IMG/VR virus record: IMGVR_UViG_3300033121_001287
Location: 20,525 to 84,524 of that record
Direction: 5' to 3' (one strand)
Origin: a virus
Lineage: Duplodnaviria; Caudoviricetes
Length of the DNA stretch: 64,000 nucleotides
Positions 54,412 to 63,483 of the stretch are shown here, piece after piece. The position numbers were made by a program, and so were the translations under genes. A model generated the notes under the pieces. That model saw only the letters and a list, made by a program, of their open reading frames with translations. It was not told where the DNA came from and ran no database searches. The first letter of the stretch is position 1, and every line of letters begins with the position of its first letter.

Positions 54412-54704
54412 TGTTCCTCCGCAAGCATCATGTCAGCGGCCTTCCATGCCGTGCGCGCCAAGACTTCGTTGATCGCGCAGCCGTGGTTTAGCAGGCCTGT
54501 TAGCGCCGCCGCAGCGAAGCGCTCGCGCGCATCGGTGATCCGACGATCCGGGATGTAACGACGGGGCTCGTCGGGGCGCACCATTGGCTCGTCGGGAACG
54601 ATCTGGACGGTGACGTAGCAGTTCGGGCACCTTATCTGCAGGTGATCGTCGGGAAGAGGGGCCATGACCGCTCCACACTGGCAGACAAGCTTGAAGCTAG
54701 GCAT
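54408..54704 (-). CDS. Zn-ribbon protein
   Basis: CQCG...CPNC; RERFAAAALTGLL. Confidence 0.55.
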   Translation of the reverse strand: MPSFKLVCQCGAVMAPLPDDHLQIRCPNCYVTVQIVPDEPMVRPDEPRRYIPDRRITDARERFAAAALTGLLNHGCAINEVLARTAWKAADMMLAEEQ

Positions 54705-54975
54705 TCCGGGTCTCCATGTAGGCTGCTGTGGCAGCGTCGTCCGTATCGAAGACCTGCTCGATGCCGCCGTAGATGTCGTAGCGGCGGTGAGCGGTTTCGA
54801 CGATGATGACCCGGCCGCGCTTCGGGTCGAGGAATACGCAGTGCGACGGCCCGCTGCTATACGGCGAGCCGACCATGCGCGGGATGAACCCGATGGGATT
54901 ACCATCGCGCAGGAGCGTGGCGCGGTAGCGTGCGAGTGCGGAGTACCCGGTGACGCGGAGGAGTCGGTTGAGCAT
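54697..54975 (-). CDS. Hypothetical protein
   Basis: ORF with RBS AAAGGA. Confidence 0.5.
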   Translation of the reverse strand: MLNRLLRVTGYSALARYRATLLRDGNPIGFIPRMVGSPYSSGPSHCVFLDPKRGRVIIVETAHRRYDIYGGIEQVFDTDDAATAAYMETRNA

Positions 54976-54978
54976 CGG

Positions 54979-55617
54979 TCAGATCCTTTCGATGTACCCG
55001 GCTTGGAAGAACCGGCTGACGCAGGCCGCGACCGCGCCTTCCGCCTTCACCTCGGCGACGATCTCCTTGGTGGTCCGACCGGGGTTCGCCGTGATGAACC
55101 CCATCACGATGTCGGCGAGGCTCCCCTGCCGGAAGGTGATCTTCGGTCCCGGCACCAGCTTCCAGCCGCCCCCGCGCACCTTCGGCAGGCAGTGCTTGAC
55201 CGGCTTCGCGTTCGGCTTCGGGATCTCGACCACCACGTTCAGGCTCTTGGCCATCGCGTCCCGTTCGCGCGGCGTCATCGTGTTCAACTCCTTGATCTGG
55301 CTTTCGAGGAGCGCCGCCTCGCGTCGTGCCTGCTCCAGCTCCAGCTCGGTGCGCGCCTGCTCGACGTTCGTGATGATCGGGACGATGGCGTTGGGCGCGA
55401 TGCTGACTCCCCGACCGGTGCCTTCGAACTCGCGGTCTTCGATGACCACCTTGCGCTTCTTTAGCGGGACGATGAAGGCGCGGCAGGCATTCACGTAGTC
55501 TACCGTCCAGAGTTCCTGCGCGTAGCGCACCGTCTGCCCGGCCTTCAGCATCCCGTCGGCGTGTCTCATGTCGTAACCTCCAAGCGCATCGTACCATCGC
55601 TGGCGTTTGGAAGCCAC
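54979..55617 (-). CDS. Hypothetical protein with possible C-terminal winged helix
   Basis: TTKEIVAEV...ACVSRFFQAGYIE; strongly biased codons. Confidence 0.55.
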   Translation of the reverse strand: MASKRQRWYDALGGYDMRHADGMLKAGQTVRYAQELWTVDYVNACRAFIVPLKKRKVVIEDREFEGTGRGVSIAPNAIVPIITNVEQARTELELEQARREAALLESQIKELNTMTPRERDAMAKSLNVVVEIPKPNAKPVKHCLPKVRGGGWKLVPGPKITFRQGSLADIVMGFITANPGRTTKEIVAEVKAEGAVAACVSRFFQAGYIERI

Positions 55618-55644
55618 AGCTGTTTTTCGCGTTTTCTGGCCACA

Positions 55645-56067
55645 TTAGCCCCGAAGAACGACCTGTGACCGATGCAGCTTGCGCTGATGGTCTCTTTCCC
55701 GCAAAAACCGCTCGACCAGATCGCGCTCGGCGTCGATCCCTGCAGAGCGCTGCTCTTGCAACTTGTAAAACTGCTTGTTTTGAGCTACGGCCAGACCACG
55801 GTGTTTGGAGCAGAACCCGGTCATCTTGACTCGGTAGACGGCCCGTGCTCCGCAATGACAGCGCAAGGGCAGCGAGCGCAGCATCTTCTGGATGACGACG
55901 GGCGTGGCTTTGCTGTTGCCGCGTTTGATCGACGCCAGCAGCCTCGCGCAACGGCCTGCGTGATCCGGATGGAGGTTGCCCTCGATGATCGCGTTCGCAA
56001 GCAGGTTGCAGAACTCGTGCTGCTGTTGAGCGAACTCCAGATCACGCCGTCGCTCATGGAAGTTCAT
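55645..56067 (-). CDS. Hypothetical protein with Zn-finger
   Basis: CHCG...CSKH. Confidence 0.55.
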   Translation of the reverse strand: MNFHERRRDLEFAQQQHEFCNLLANAIIEGNLHPDHAGRCARLLASIKRGNSKATPVVIQKMLRSLPLRCHCGARAVYRVKMTGFCSKHRGLAVAQNKQFYKLQEQRSAGIDAERDLVERFLRERDHQRKLHRSQVVLRG

Positions 56068-56471
56068 CGGATCAAGCCTCCCTTCGCGATGCCCCACACC
56101 TTGGCTTTCTCCAGATGCGCGCGGTGCTCATCGACGGTGACGCAATCGCAGGTGCCTTCGACGCAGTCCTGCAGCACGGCGAGTTCGACGGCCACGCGCA
56201 GTTCGCTATCGGGCAGATCGGGAACGTCGAAGTACCGGGGCGAGAAGTAGAAGAGCGGATCTCGCTGAATCATCATCGAGCAGAATCGCCCGTCGCTTCG
56301 ACGACGGGGGACGATCAGGGGATCGTTGGAAAGGATCGTACGGAACTGATCCCGCATTTCGGCATCGGTCCAAACCTTGCCGTATAGCTCTTCAAGTTGC
56401 TCACGCGTGGAAGGTCGCCGATTGATCATGTCGGACAACAGGCTACGCACGCGACCAGACGTCATGGACAT
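56064..56471 (-). CDS. Hypothetical protein
   Basis: ORF track; overlap with the next gene. Confidence 0.5.
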   Translation of the reverse strand: MSMTSGRVRSLLSDMINRRPSTREQLEELYGKVWTDAEMRDQFRTILSNDPLIVPRRRSDGRFCSMMIQRDPLFYFSPRYFDVPDLPDSELRVAVELAVLQDCVEGTCDCVTVDEHRAHLEKAKVWGIAKGGLIR

Positions 56472-56534
56472 ACGGTTCCTTTTGCGGATCCCTGCACGGG
56501 AAGATCAGCTTCGGTAACGAGAGCTAGCAGCATC

Positions 56535-56999
56535 TCACACCTCCGGTTTGCTCGAAAGAATTCGATCAACCATCGTACGCTGGTCGGGAAACAGATCGAG
56601 CGTACCGAGTAGCTGACGAAGCGATGTGATTTGCTGCTCTAGCTGATCTCGATGCTTCTGGACCGCCTGCACCTGAATCTGCCGCAGTCCATGATCTTGC
56701 TGTAGCTGACGAATCTTTTCATCGAGAAACTGCACAGCCGTCTGCTTGCCGCGATCCCAACCATGCCGAGTGGCCACCTGCTCCAAGTCCCACGGTTCGA
56801 CGACGGTGATCGTATCGTTGGTGTGGATTATCGGGCCGCCGTTTGCGTGCTTAACGGATCGGCAAAGCGCGGCGATGCTACGAAGACGTTGAGCGTCTTC
56901 CTCGTTAACTTTTCCAAAGACGGCAAGGGTAGCAAGTCGCGCAAGAATGTCGTTGACCCACTTCTCAATGGCATCGATATCGAGGTCTAAACGGCTCAT
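56535..56999 (-). CDS. Coiled-coil hypothetical protein
   Basis: ATG with GGAG RBS. Confidence 0.55.
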   Translation of the reverse strand: MSRLDLDIDAIEKWVNDILARLATLAVFGKVNEEDAQRLRSIAALCRSVKHANGGPIIHTNDTITVVEPWDLEQVATRHGWDRGKQTAVQFLDEKIRQLQQDHGLRQIQVQAVQKHRDQLEQQITSLRQLLGTLDLFPDQRTMVDRILSSKPEV

Positions 57000-57012
57000 G
57001 ATACGGACTCCC

Positions 57013-57279
57013 TTACCTGAAGATCGCGAGAGCGATGACGAGCCCGATGGTGAGGCTGAGAAGGACGAGAATGAGAATCGTCAGCGTCTTGTTCGATTCC
57101 CTCAGCCTCTTGATCTGCGTATCTCGGATCTCGACTTGATACTTCAGATCGTACAACTTGGTGATGGCGAGGCGCTCGCGCTCCGAAGCGGCATCACCCT
57201 GCACGGCGGCCGTCGAAGTGACCCATTCGAACCCGTTTGAGAACTCACGAAGTTCAAGAGGCGGCTGGCTCATTGTCAT
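57013..57279 (-). CDS. Coiled-coil protein with C-terminal TM
   Basis: LTILILVLLSLTIGLVIALAIFR. Confidence 0.55.
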   Translation of the reverse strand: MTMSQPPLELREFSNGFEWVTSTAAVQGDAASERERLAITKLYDLKYQVEIRDTQIKRLRESNKTLTILILVLLSLTIGLVIALAIFR

Positions 57280-57539
57280 TCTCCACGCAGTGCGGCCATG
57301 ATCTCAGCGACGGTGAGGACGACGCTGGTGCCGGTGTCCGGATCTTCGATGGTGAGCTTCTTCGGGCAGACGATGATCCAGTTGCGGTACGCTTCCTGCA
57401 TCTCCGCCACCGTAACAGTCTCGTCGGACGAGGAAAACCACTGGAGTTGCTGCACTCGTTCCTGCTGCGCCTTGACGATGGTACCAACGCCGCCGACGAG
57501 CACGGCGAGCAACGCGGTTCTACGCTTGATGACTTTCAT
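57276..57539 (-). CDS. Small protein with N-terminal signal/TM segment
   Basis: MKVIKRRTALLAVLVGGVGTIVKA-Q. Confidence 0.55.
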   Translation of the reverse strand: MKVIKRRTALLAVLVGGVGTIVKAQQERVQQLQWFSSSDETVTVAEMQEAYRNWIIVCPKKLTIEDPDTGTSVVLTVAEIMAALRGE

Positions 57540-57871
57540 AGCAGATTGCCCTTCTTCAGTAGCATCATGGCCATCCCCAAGGCCAAGGCCAGTCCGACGA
57601 GTGCGCAGGTTAGGTAGAAACCCAAGTTGCGCTGATAGGCGAGCTGATCATGGAGACGACTGATGTCTGCATTGCGGTCCTTCATGAACTCACGCAGATA
57701 GAGGAGTTCATCCTTCGCCGCTCGCAGATCCCGCACGGTAGGATCCTGACTTCGGGCAATCCAGTCCATGCACAGTTCTCGCACGGTATCAAACAACTCC
57801 GAAGCCGGACACGCATCGAGCCACCGAAGCACAGCTCGAACGCTGGCTTCATTGATTGCCGGTATCAGCAT
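57536..57871 (-). CDS. Coiled-coil protein with C-terminal TM
   Basis: FYLTCALVGLALALGMAMMLL. Confidence 0.55.
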   Translation of the reverse strand: MLIPAINEASVRAVLRWLDACPASELFDTVRELCMDWIARSQDPTVRDLRAAKDELLYLREFMKDRNADISRLHDQLAYQRNLGFYLTCALVGLALALGMAMMLLKKGNLL

Positions 57872-58037
57872 GGTTCTCCTTCATAGGTTTGATTGACCAG
57901 ACCTTCACGTTGGCAACGCGCTTCGCCACGTGCGCCACGCCATCAAGAAAGGCCTGATGCAACGTGGTCGATGATTGATCGCACGGAATCTCTTCGATCC
58001 AGCCGTCGTGGTAATGAACGATGATCTTGTAGCGCAT
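57849..58037 (-). CDS. Small hypothetical protein
   Basis: ORF track. Confidence 0.45.
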   Translation of the reverse strand: MRYKIIVHYHDGWIEEIPCDQSSTTLHQAFLDGVAHVAKRVANVKVWSIKPMKENHADTGNQ

Positions 58038-58042
58038 AGTCG

Positions 58043-58426
58043 CTAGTCCAGGCGCGAGTCGATGTGCGCGTCGAAGCCAGCAGCTCGCAGCACTTTGACG
58101 TACGCGTGCGCGAAGGCTTCCTTCCGCGTCAGGCTCTGGTTGAACTCATGCACGTATCGCGTGAGTCCCTTGCGATAACCCTTCGTCCACTGCCCCGTGC
58201 GCTTCGCGTAGTTGGCCAGCGGGCCGACGCCGCGAATGATGATCGACGCGAACCCGCACACACCATCCGTGACCGGCTCGTAGGCGTGACCGGTGCGGGG
58301 ATCGAAGATCTGCATCGGGATCGGCTGCGCGGCCTGCCCGGCCGCCCATCCGGCCTGATCGGCTTCGGCGAGAAGCGCACGGCATTCGGTGTCGGTCCAG
58401 CGCTTCGTGTCGGTAGCTGCGTTCAC
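58043..58426 (-). CDS. Conserved phage hypothetical protein
   Basis: GVCGFASIII, QSLTRKEAFAHAY..VL, RLD terminus. Confidence 0.6.
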   Translation of the reverse strand: MNAATDTKRWTDTECRALLAEADQAGWAAGQAAQPIPMQIFDPRTGHAYEPVTDGVCGFASIIIRGVGPLANYAKRTGQWTKGYRKGLTRYVHEFNQSLTRKEAFAHAYVKVLRAAGFDAHIDSRLD

Positions 58427-58662
58427 ATAGCCTCCTTGGGTGAGACGATGGCGACGAGTGCCCAGTCGTCGGGAAGGTCTGAGGTGGTAGCGGAGGATGG
58501 GAGCACTCGAAACTCGTGACGCGCCTGAATGTCGTGACGGCCGCGATGTCCGTAGAGCCCGACGTGCTCCCACACCTCGTACGGGGTGTTGGTAGCGTTT
58601 GCTTGCCGAATCGCGACCTCGATGTGTTCGTCGAGGCCCGCCTTCGAGGAGATGATGGTCAT
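58423..58662 (-). CDS. Hypothetical protein
   Basis: Overlap-coupled ORF. Confidence 0.5.
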   Translation of the reverse strand: MTIISSKAGLDEHIEVAIRQANATNTPYEVWEHVGLYGHRGRHDIQARHEFRVLPSSATTSDLPDDWALVAIVSPKEAM

Positions 58663-58937
58663 ACGCCGAACCCCTCGATGGTCTCGTTCGGCATCGCGTG
58701 GATCGAGACGCTGTCCTCGGCGACGATCAGGTCCGAGATCTGGTGAACCTTCCAGCGACGGACGCGCACGCTGCCGCTGCCCGAAGGCCGCCCGACGATC
58801 TGGATCTGACGCTCGTTGACCGTCATCTCGACGGAGCCGATCAGTTGGCTGACCATGACCTCGTCGCCCTTCCCGTCGAACACCGCCACGTTGACCGGTG
58901 CGTTTGCGTCCGCGTAGAACCTGATGGTCTGCTGCAT
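58659..58937 (-). CDS. Hypothetical protein
   Basis: GAGGAGG RBS. Confidence 0.55.
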   Translation of the reverse strand: MQQTIRFYADANAPVNVAVFDGKGDEVMVSQLIGSVEMTVNERQIQIVGRPSGSGSVRVRRWKVHQISDLIVAEDSVSIHAMPNETIEGFGV

Positions 58938-58947
58938 GCGCTCCTCC

Positions 58948-59277
58948 TCAGAAGCTGAAGTCGATGTACTCGGCCCGCCGTCCGATGGCGAGGCTCGTGC
59001 CGTTGCTGCGCCAGCCCTTCTTGGTAAGCCGGAAGGTGATCTCGGGCTGCAGCGGGTTCGGCGAGTACTCGTAGGTCTGCATCTCGCTCATGCCGTTCTT
59101 ATCGATCCGCTTGGCCAGATCCTGCCGGACCTTGATGGTCTTGCCAGACTTGCTGACGGCCGTGATCGTGGCCGCATGCCGGTCTGTCCACATCAGGATC
59201 GTTGCGCCCATGCCGACCTCGGGCTTGATGGTGGTCGGGCCTCCGAGAAGGTTGTTGATCAGGCTACCGGTTGACAT
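58948..59277 (-). CDS. Conserved phage hypothetical protein
   Basis: VGMGAT...TDRHAATI, GRRAEYIDFSF. Confidence 0.6.
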   Translation of the reverse strand: MSTGSLINNLLGGPTTIKPEVGMGATILMWTDRHAATITAVSKSGKTIKVRQDLAKRIDKNGMSEMQTYEYSPNPLQPEITFRLTKKGWRSNGTSLAIGRRAEYIDFSF

Positions 59278-59322
59278 CGATGGGCCGCCTCCAACGGCCA
59301 AGAGCAGATTAGCATGATTCCT

Positions 59323-59673
59323 TCAGGCCTGTTTGAGATTGTTGCCGCGCAGCGTGCGGAACCCGTAGACCAGCGGTCGCTTGATCGCGTCAGTCTTCCG
59401 CCCCGTGTCGCCCGGCAGGCAGGCCTTGATGCTGCCCCGCGCGCCGACGAGGAAGGCTCCATAGATCCGCTGATCCATCAGGTGCCCGTCGCCAGCAACG
59501 TCACCGACGAAGCCAGCCGACACCGAGAACCAGATGCGTCCGTTGCAGCCGACGACGTCCTCGCGCTTGATCTCGATCTTGCGCCCGACGATGGTCGCCG
59601 GGAAGTTATAGTTGACGCGCGCTATCGCAGCCTTCCGGATCCGTTCGAGCGCTTGGTGCTGGTTCAGGGTCAT
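59323..59673 (-). CDS. Hypothetical early protein
   Basis: First gene after the leftward promoter at 59706-59734. Confidence 0.55.
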   Translation of the reverse strand: MTLNQHQALERIRKAAIARVNYNFPATIVGRKIEIKREDVVGCNGRIWFSVSAGFVGDVAGDGHLMDQRIYGAFLVGARGSIKACLPGDTGRKTDAIKRPLVYGFRTLRGNNLKQA

Positions 59674-59705
59674 CAGGGGCCGCCCCTCCCGGCGGGTCGA
59701 GGGTC

Positions 59706-59734
59706 ATCCTGCGCCCTCCCTAAAAAGATGTCAA
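59706..59734 (-). promoter_or_regulatory. Leftward sigma70-type promoter TTGACA-17-CAGGAT
   Basis: Read directly in the divergent intergenic region. Confidence 0.6.
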
Positions 59735-59774
59735 GCGGAAAGAAATAGGGCATTTTCCGGCCATTATTTGCTTG

Positions 59775-59804
59775 TTGACGGCCAAGCCCGGCCCGTGCTA
59801 GCGT
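59775..59804 (+). promoter_or_regulatory. Rightward sigma70-type promoter TTGACG-18-TAGCGT (TGn extended -10)
   Basis: Read directly; AT-rich sequence between the two divergent promoters. Confidence 0.6.
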
Positions 59805-59899
59805 CCCGCTCGCCCTAGCCTCCGGCTGGACGCAAGGTACGGATTATTCCGTTGCAATTCCGACTTAACGGAGCCTTGAGCACGAAAGGTACAAGCCCG

Positions 59900-60388
59900 G
59901 TGTGGCATACGTACTTCATCACAAGGGAAAGCGTTCATCATAAGCCGGTCTACGTCAAGATCGGAAAAAGTCGCGATCCCGTCAGCCGCATCAACAACCT
60001 CCAAACAAGCTCACCCACAGAGCTTCGCACGCTCTTCATCCTTGAAGGTGATCGCGAACGCGAAATGCATACGCTCTTCGCCGAGTATCGGATACGCGGA
60101 GAGTGGTTTCGCGTTGAGGGAAGGCTCAAGCAATTTATCATCGAGCACCTCGGCACACCTCAAGACGGTCCTCCGTTTTACGATTGGCTTATCAGCCAAA
60201 GCCATCGACGAGACGACGTAGGGCGTCTCGCGCTAATCGCGAGATCCGACTCGTTCTTCCCTCGCAAGCAACGAAAACTCAGTCTTTTCATTAAGCACGC
60301 CACCGAACACTACCGGCATCTCGTTCCGCTTATCAAAAACGCGCATCGAGAATACCGTCATGAGGCACGAGTTGATGATGGCTACTAG
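59900..60388 (+). CDS. T5orf172/GIY-YIG-like nuclease fused to a YozE-like SAM domain
   Basis: YFI...YVKIGKS.DP..R...LQT...E..MH..F...RIRGEWF; FYDWL...RRDDVGRLA...DS.FP. Confidence 0.7.
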   Translation: MWHTYFITRESVHHKPVYVKIGKSRDPVSRINNLQTSSPTELRTLFILEGDREREMHTLFAEYRIRGEWFRVEGRLKQFIIEHLGTPQDGPPFYDWLISQSHRRDDVGRLALIARSDSFFPRKQRKLSLFIKHATEHYRHLVPLIKNAHREYRHEARVDDGY

Positions 60389-60391
60389 CGC

Positions 60392-62560
60392 ATGGCGGTC
60401 CTAATGAACGAACTGCATCGTTTTCTTTCTGAACTCTACGCCGGGCAGCAAGGCGTACTCGAACTTCGGACGTTTGATCATCCGCAGGCCAATAAGCTCA
60501 GAGCGTTCATCGCGGTCATCGAAGGGCAATACGAACAGGCGCGCGTCGAGCAGTTCATCAAGGACACGATCAAGATCAAGATCGGTGCGTTCTACGGGGT
60601 CGCTCTTCGATCCGAAGCCTCGCTCAAGGACGGCAAGGGTGACGCAGCCCATTGCCATCTGCTGACGGCGCTCTTCGTAGACGTCGATGACAAGCATCTC
60701 GGCCGCGAAGAGTCCCTTCGGCGGCTCGCGTCCTTCCCGTTGAAGCCATCCATGATGGTCGATAGCGGAGGGGGCTTTCACCCGTACTGGCTCCTCAAGC
60801 ATCCGATCCGTTTGACAGGCGACGGCATGTCGCAGGCCAAGAGCCTGCTTCGACGGTTGGCTTCCGCCGTCGCCGACGTGGTCGATGAATCGGTCTCAGA
60901 GCCAGCGCGCGTGTTGCGATTGCCATCCGGGATCAACTTCAAAAAGCAATACCCGGAGCCCAGGCCTGTCCGTTTGATGATCGACGACGTAGCGCCCCGA
61001 TACGAGATCGCGGAGTTCGAGGCCATCCTTCCAGCCGAACGCACGAGCGGATCAGCGACGGAGGGCTTCCAAGTTCCACCTACGATCAAGTCCGGTGACC
61101 GGCACGAGATCATCTACAAGTTCCTCCGCTCCCAAAAGGCGCGCGGCGTCTCGAAGGAAGTCGCGCTCGTCGGATGCCACAAGCTCAACGAGGACCAGTG
61201 CAAGCCGCCGATACCCAAAGACGAACTCGACGCGTACCTTCGTCGGGTGTGGGATCAAGGCGACTCCCCGACGTTCAAGCAGAACGCGGAGCACCACGAC
61301 TTCGTGCGCGACCGGCAAGGCGTGATTATCAAGGACTCCCAAGAGAACATCGCGCGAGCCTGCGCGCGGATGGCTTACAAGTTCAGCTTCGATCAGTTCG
61401 CCGAGCGCATGCTGGTCAACCATGAGAACAAACCGCCGGTGCTCTTAGGCGACCAGTTGATCACGTCGCTCTGGCTGAAGATCGACCGCGAGTTCCGCTT
61501 CCGACCTACCTACCAGTTCTTCGAACGCGTCATCTACGATATCACCTACACGAACGCGTTCCATCCCTTGCGGATCTATTTCGATTCCCTCAAGTGGGAT
61601 GGTGTCGTGCGCTTACCCTACTGGCTGCGGAATTACGGTGGCGCCATCGACGAGGGTAGTGATAGTCGTGATGGCCCGACGTATCTGGAACGTATCTCGA
61701 AGATCATGTTCACCGCAATGGTCCGACGCGTGCGGGTGCCGGGATCTAAGTACGACGAGATGATTATCCTTGAGTCTGAGCAGGGCTTTAGTAAGTCGTC
61801 AGCGCTCAGGGCCATTTGCCCAAGCGAGGAGTACTTCTCGGACGATCTGCCGTTGAACGTCGATGCCAAGCAAATCATCGAACGCACGCTTGGCAAGATG
61901 CTCATCGAAGCATCTGATATGTCCGGAAGCCGCAAAGCAGACCGCGACCACCTCAAAGCGATGCTCTCGCGCCAAAAGGATGGCCCGGCCCGTTTGGCTT
62001 ACGCACGCACGCCGGTGGAGCGCTGGCGGCAGTTCATCGTTGTAGGTACGACGAACTCAGGCGAGTATCTCGCCGATAGCACCGGCAACCGGCGGTTCTG
62101 GCCCGTGAGGGTCGGACGGTTCGATGTGGAAGGGATCATCCGGGATCGCGATCAACTGTGGGCCGAAGCCTGCTTCTACGAATCACGCGGCGACTCGATT
62201 CGGCTGGAAGAAGAATTGTGGGCTGAGGCGGGTGAGATTCAGGAACGACGGCGTGAAGTGGACGCGTGGGAAGATGACATCCGTCGTTACATCGAAGACC
62301 TCCAGCCCGCTTCGACGGGGCGCAAGCAGGTGACCGCGCAAGCGTTGTGGGAGGCTCTTGGAATTGCCATTGACCGACGCGACCTGATGGGAGCCCGGCG
62401 CATTGGCGCGATCATGCAGCGGCTCCGGTTCCGACGGACGAACATCCGTGGCACGGATAACAAGGTGCAGACGGGTTACGTGAGCCTTGGCGACGAGATC
62501 AACTACGAGAAGGAAGTGGCCGCGCAGCCTGGGCCGCCGCTTGAGGATGCACCGTTTTAG
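60392..62560 (+). CDS. Primase-polymerase (RepB/AEP-like) - PriCT - VirE/SF3-like helicase
   Basis: LFVDVD, DSGGGFHPYW, ARVLRLP, GDRH, ESEQGFSKSS, TGNRRFWPV. Confidence 0.85.
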   Translation: MAVLMNELHRFLSELYAGQQGVLELRTFDHPQANKLRAFIAVIEGQYEQARVEQFIKDTIKIKIGAFYGVALRSEASLKDGKGDAAHCHLLTALFVDVDDKHLGREESLRRLASFPLKPSMMVDSGGGFHPYWLLKHPIRLTGDGMSQAKSLLRRLASAVADVVDESVSEPARVLRLPSGINFKKQYPEPRPVRLMIDDVAPRYEIAEFEAILPAERTSGSATEGFQVPPTIKSGDRHEIIYKFLRSQKARGVSKEVALVGCHKLNEDQCKPPIPKDELDAYLRRVWDQGDSPTFKQNAEHHDFVRDRQGVIIKDSQENIARACARMAYKFSFDQFAERMLVNHENKPPVLLGDQLITSLWLKIDREFRFRPTYQFFERVIYDITYTNAFHPLRIYFDSLKWDGVVRLPYWLRNYGGAIDEGSDSRDGPTYLERISKIMFTAMVRRVRVPGSKYDEMIILESEQGFSKSSALRAICPSEEYFSDDLPLNVDAKQIIERTLGKMLIEASDMSGSRKADRDHLKAMLSRQKDGPARLAYARTPVERWRQFIVVGTTNSGEYLADSTGNRRFWPVRVGRFDVEGIIRDRDQLWAEACFYESRGDSIRLEEELWAEAGEIQERRREVDAWEDDIRRYIEDLQPASTGRKQVTAQALWEALGIAIDRRDLMGARRIGAIMQRLRFRRTNIRGTDNKVQTGYVSLGDEINYEKEVAAQPGPPLEDAPF

Positions 62561-62569
62561 GAGACCACA

Positions 62570-63091
62570 ATGATTCCAAAAGGCAGCAACGACTCGGTTC
62601 GGAGCCTCAAGTCACTCACGCGCAGCGAGTATTTGCGCTGGCGATGGGTTGAATGCACTGAGTTTCATCACAGCGAAACAATGCTGGTGCGCCTGCTTGA
62701 ACGCACGCCGGACGAAGTGCTGCGGGCCGAAGCCGAGTGGGAAGCGTTCTCGAAGGCGTGGTTGACGAGTGATCCGCCGACGTACGATCTCGTCGCACAC
62801 CTGAAACGGCAGCGAGAGTTTTCGATCAAGACGTTTGGCCCGTCGGATCGCAACAACGGCATCATCGATCACATCCGCAAGGAGCTGTTGGAAATCGAGC
62901 AAGAGCCCACGGATCTGCAAGAATGGATCGACGTGGCGCTGCTCGCGTTCGACGGGGCTTGGCGCGCGGGGTTTCCTCCGTGGATGGTGGCAGAGGCATT
63001 CCGCTTGAAGCTGGAGAAGAACGAACAACGGAAGTGGCCGGACTGGCGCACGGTTCCGGAGGGGCAAGCTATTGAGCACTTGGAGGAGTGA
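62570..63091 (+). CDS. DUF550 dATP/dGTP pyrophosphohydrolase-domain protein
   Basis: FS.KTFGP...GIIDHIRKEL.EI...P.DL.EWIDV.LLAFDGAWRAG...KLEKN..RKWPDW. Confidence 0.85.
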   Translation: MIPKGSNDSVRSLKSLTRSEYLRWRWVECTEFHHSETMLVRLLERTPDEVLRAEAEWEAFSKAWLTSDPPTYDLVAHLKRQREFSIKTFGPSDRNNGIIDHIRKELLEIEQEPTDLQEWIDVALLAFDGAWRAGFPPWMVAEAFRLKLEKNEQRKWPDWRTVPEGQAIEHLEE

Positions 63092-63093
63092 CC

Positions 63094-63483
63094 ATGAGCT
63101 ACGAAAACGAACGGAAGTGGAAAGAGTTCAAAGCAGAATTAACACAGGCCCGTGAGGAGATCGAAGAGCGAGAGATGGCCCGGCAAACGTTGCTTCGCCG
63201 CGTTGGAAGTATCACGCATACGAAGCCACTAACCCTCGACGATGTGTGCGCCACTGTTGAACATCTTCAGCACCAGTTTGATGCGCTCACCGCTGCTCTT
63301 ACCAAGGCCCGTGCGGAGCTACAGGCGTGCGATGCCAAGTGGAAAGCACGGCTCACGCTTGATCAGCGCATCGTGGGAGAAGGGGGCTACCTCGATGTCA
63401 TCGCCGCTAGAGAGGTCACCATCACCACCCTCCGTGCGGAGCTACAGGCCGCGTTGGGCGTGGGCAGGGGGGAGGGGGAGTAG
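63094..63483 (+). CDS. Coiled-coil hypothetical protein
   Basis: GGAGGAG RBS. Confidence 0.55.
   Translation: MSYENERKWKEFKAELTQAREEIEEREMARQTLLRRVGSITHTKPLTLDDVCATVEHLQHQFDALTAALTKARAELQACDAKWKARLTLDQRIVGEGGYLDVIAAREVTITTLRAELQAALGVGRGEGE

Noticed and set aside
45165-63091. Calling this a Z-genome (2-aminoadenine) phage
   Set aside because: No PurZ or DatZ-type HD hydrolase is visible, and an adenine MTase is present. DUF550 alone is insufficient.
63309-63449. 18-bp direct repeat CCGTGCGGAGCTACAGGC
   Set aside because: Both copies encode RAELQA in a coiled coil; likely a small internal duplication.
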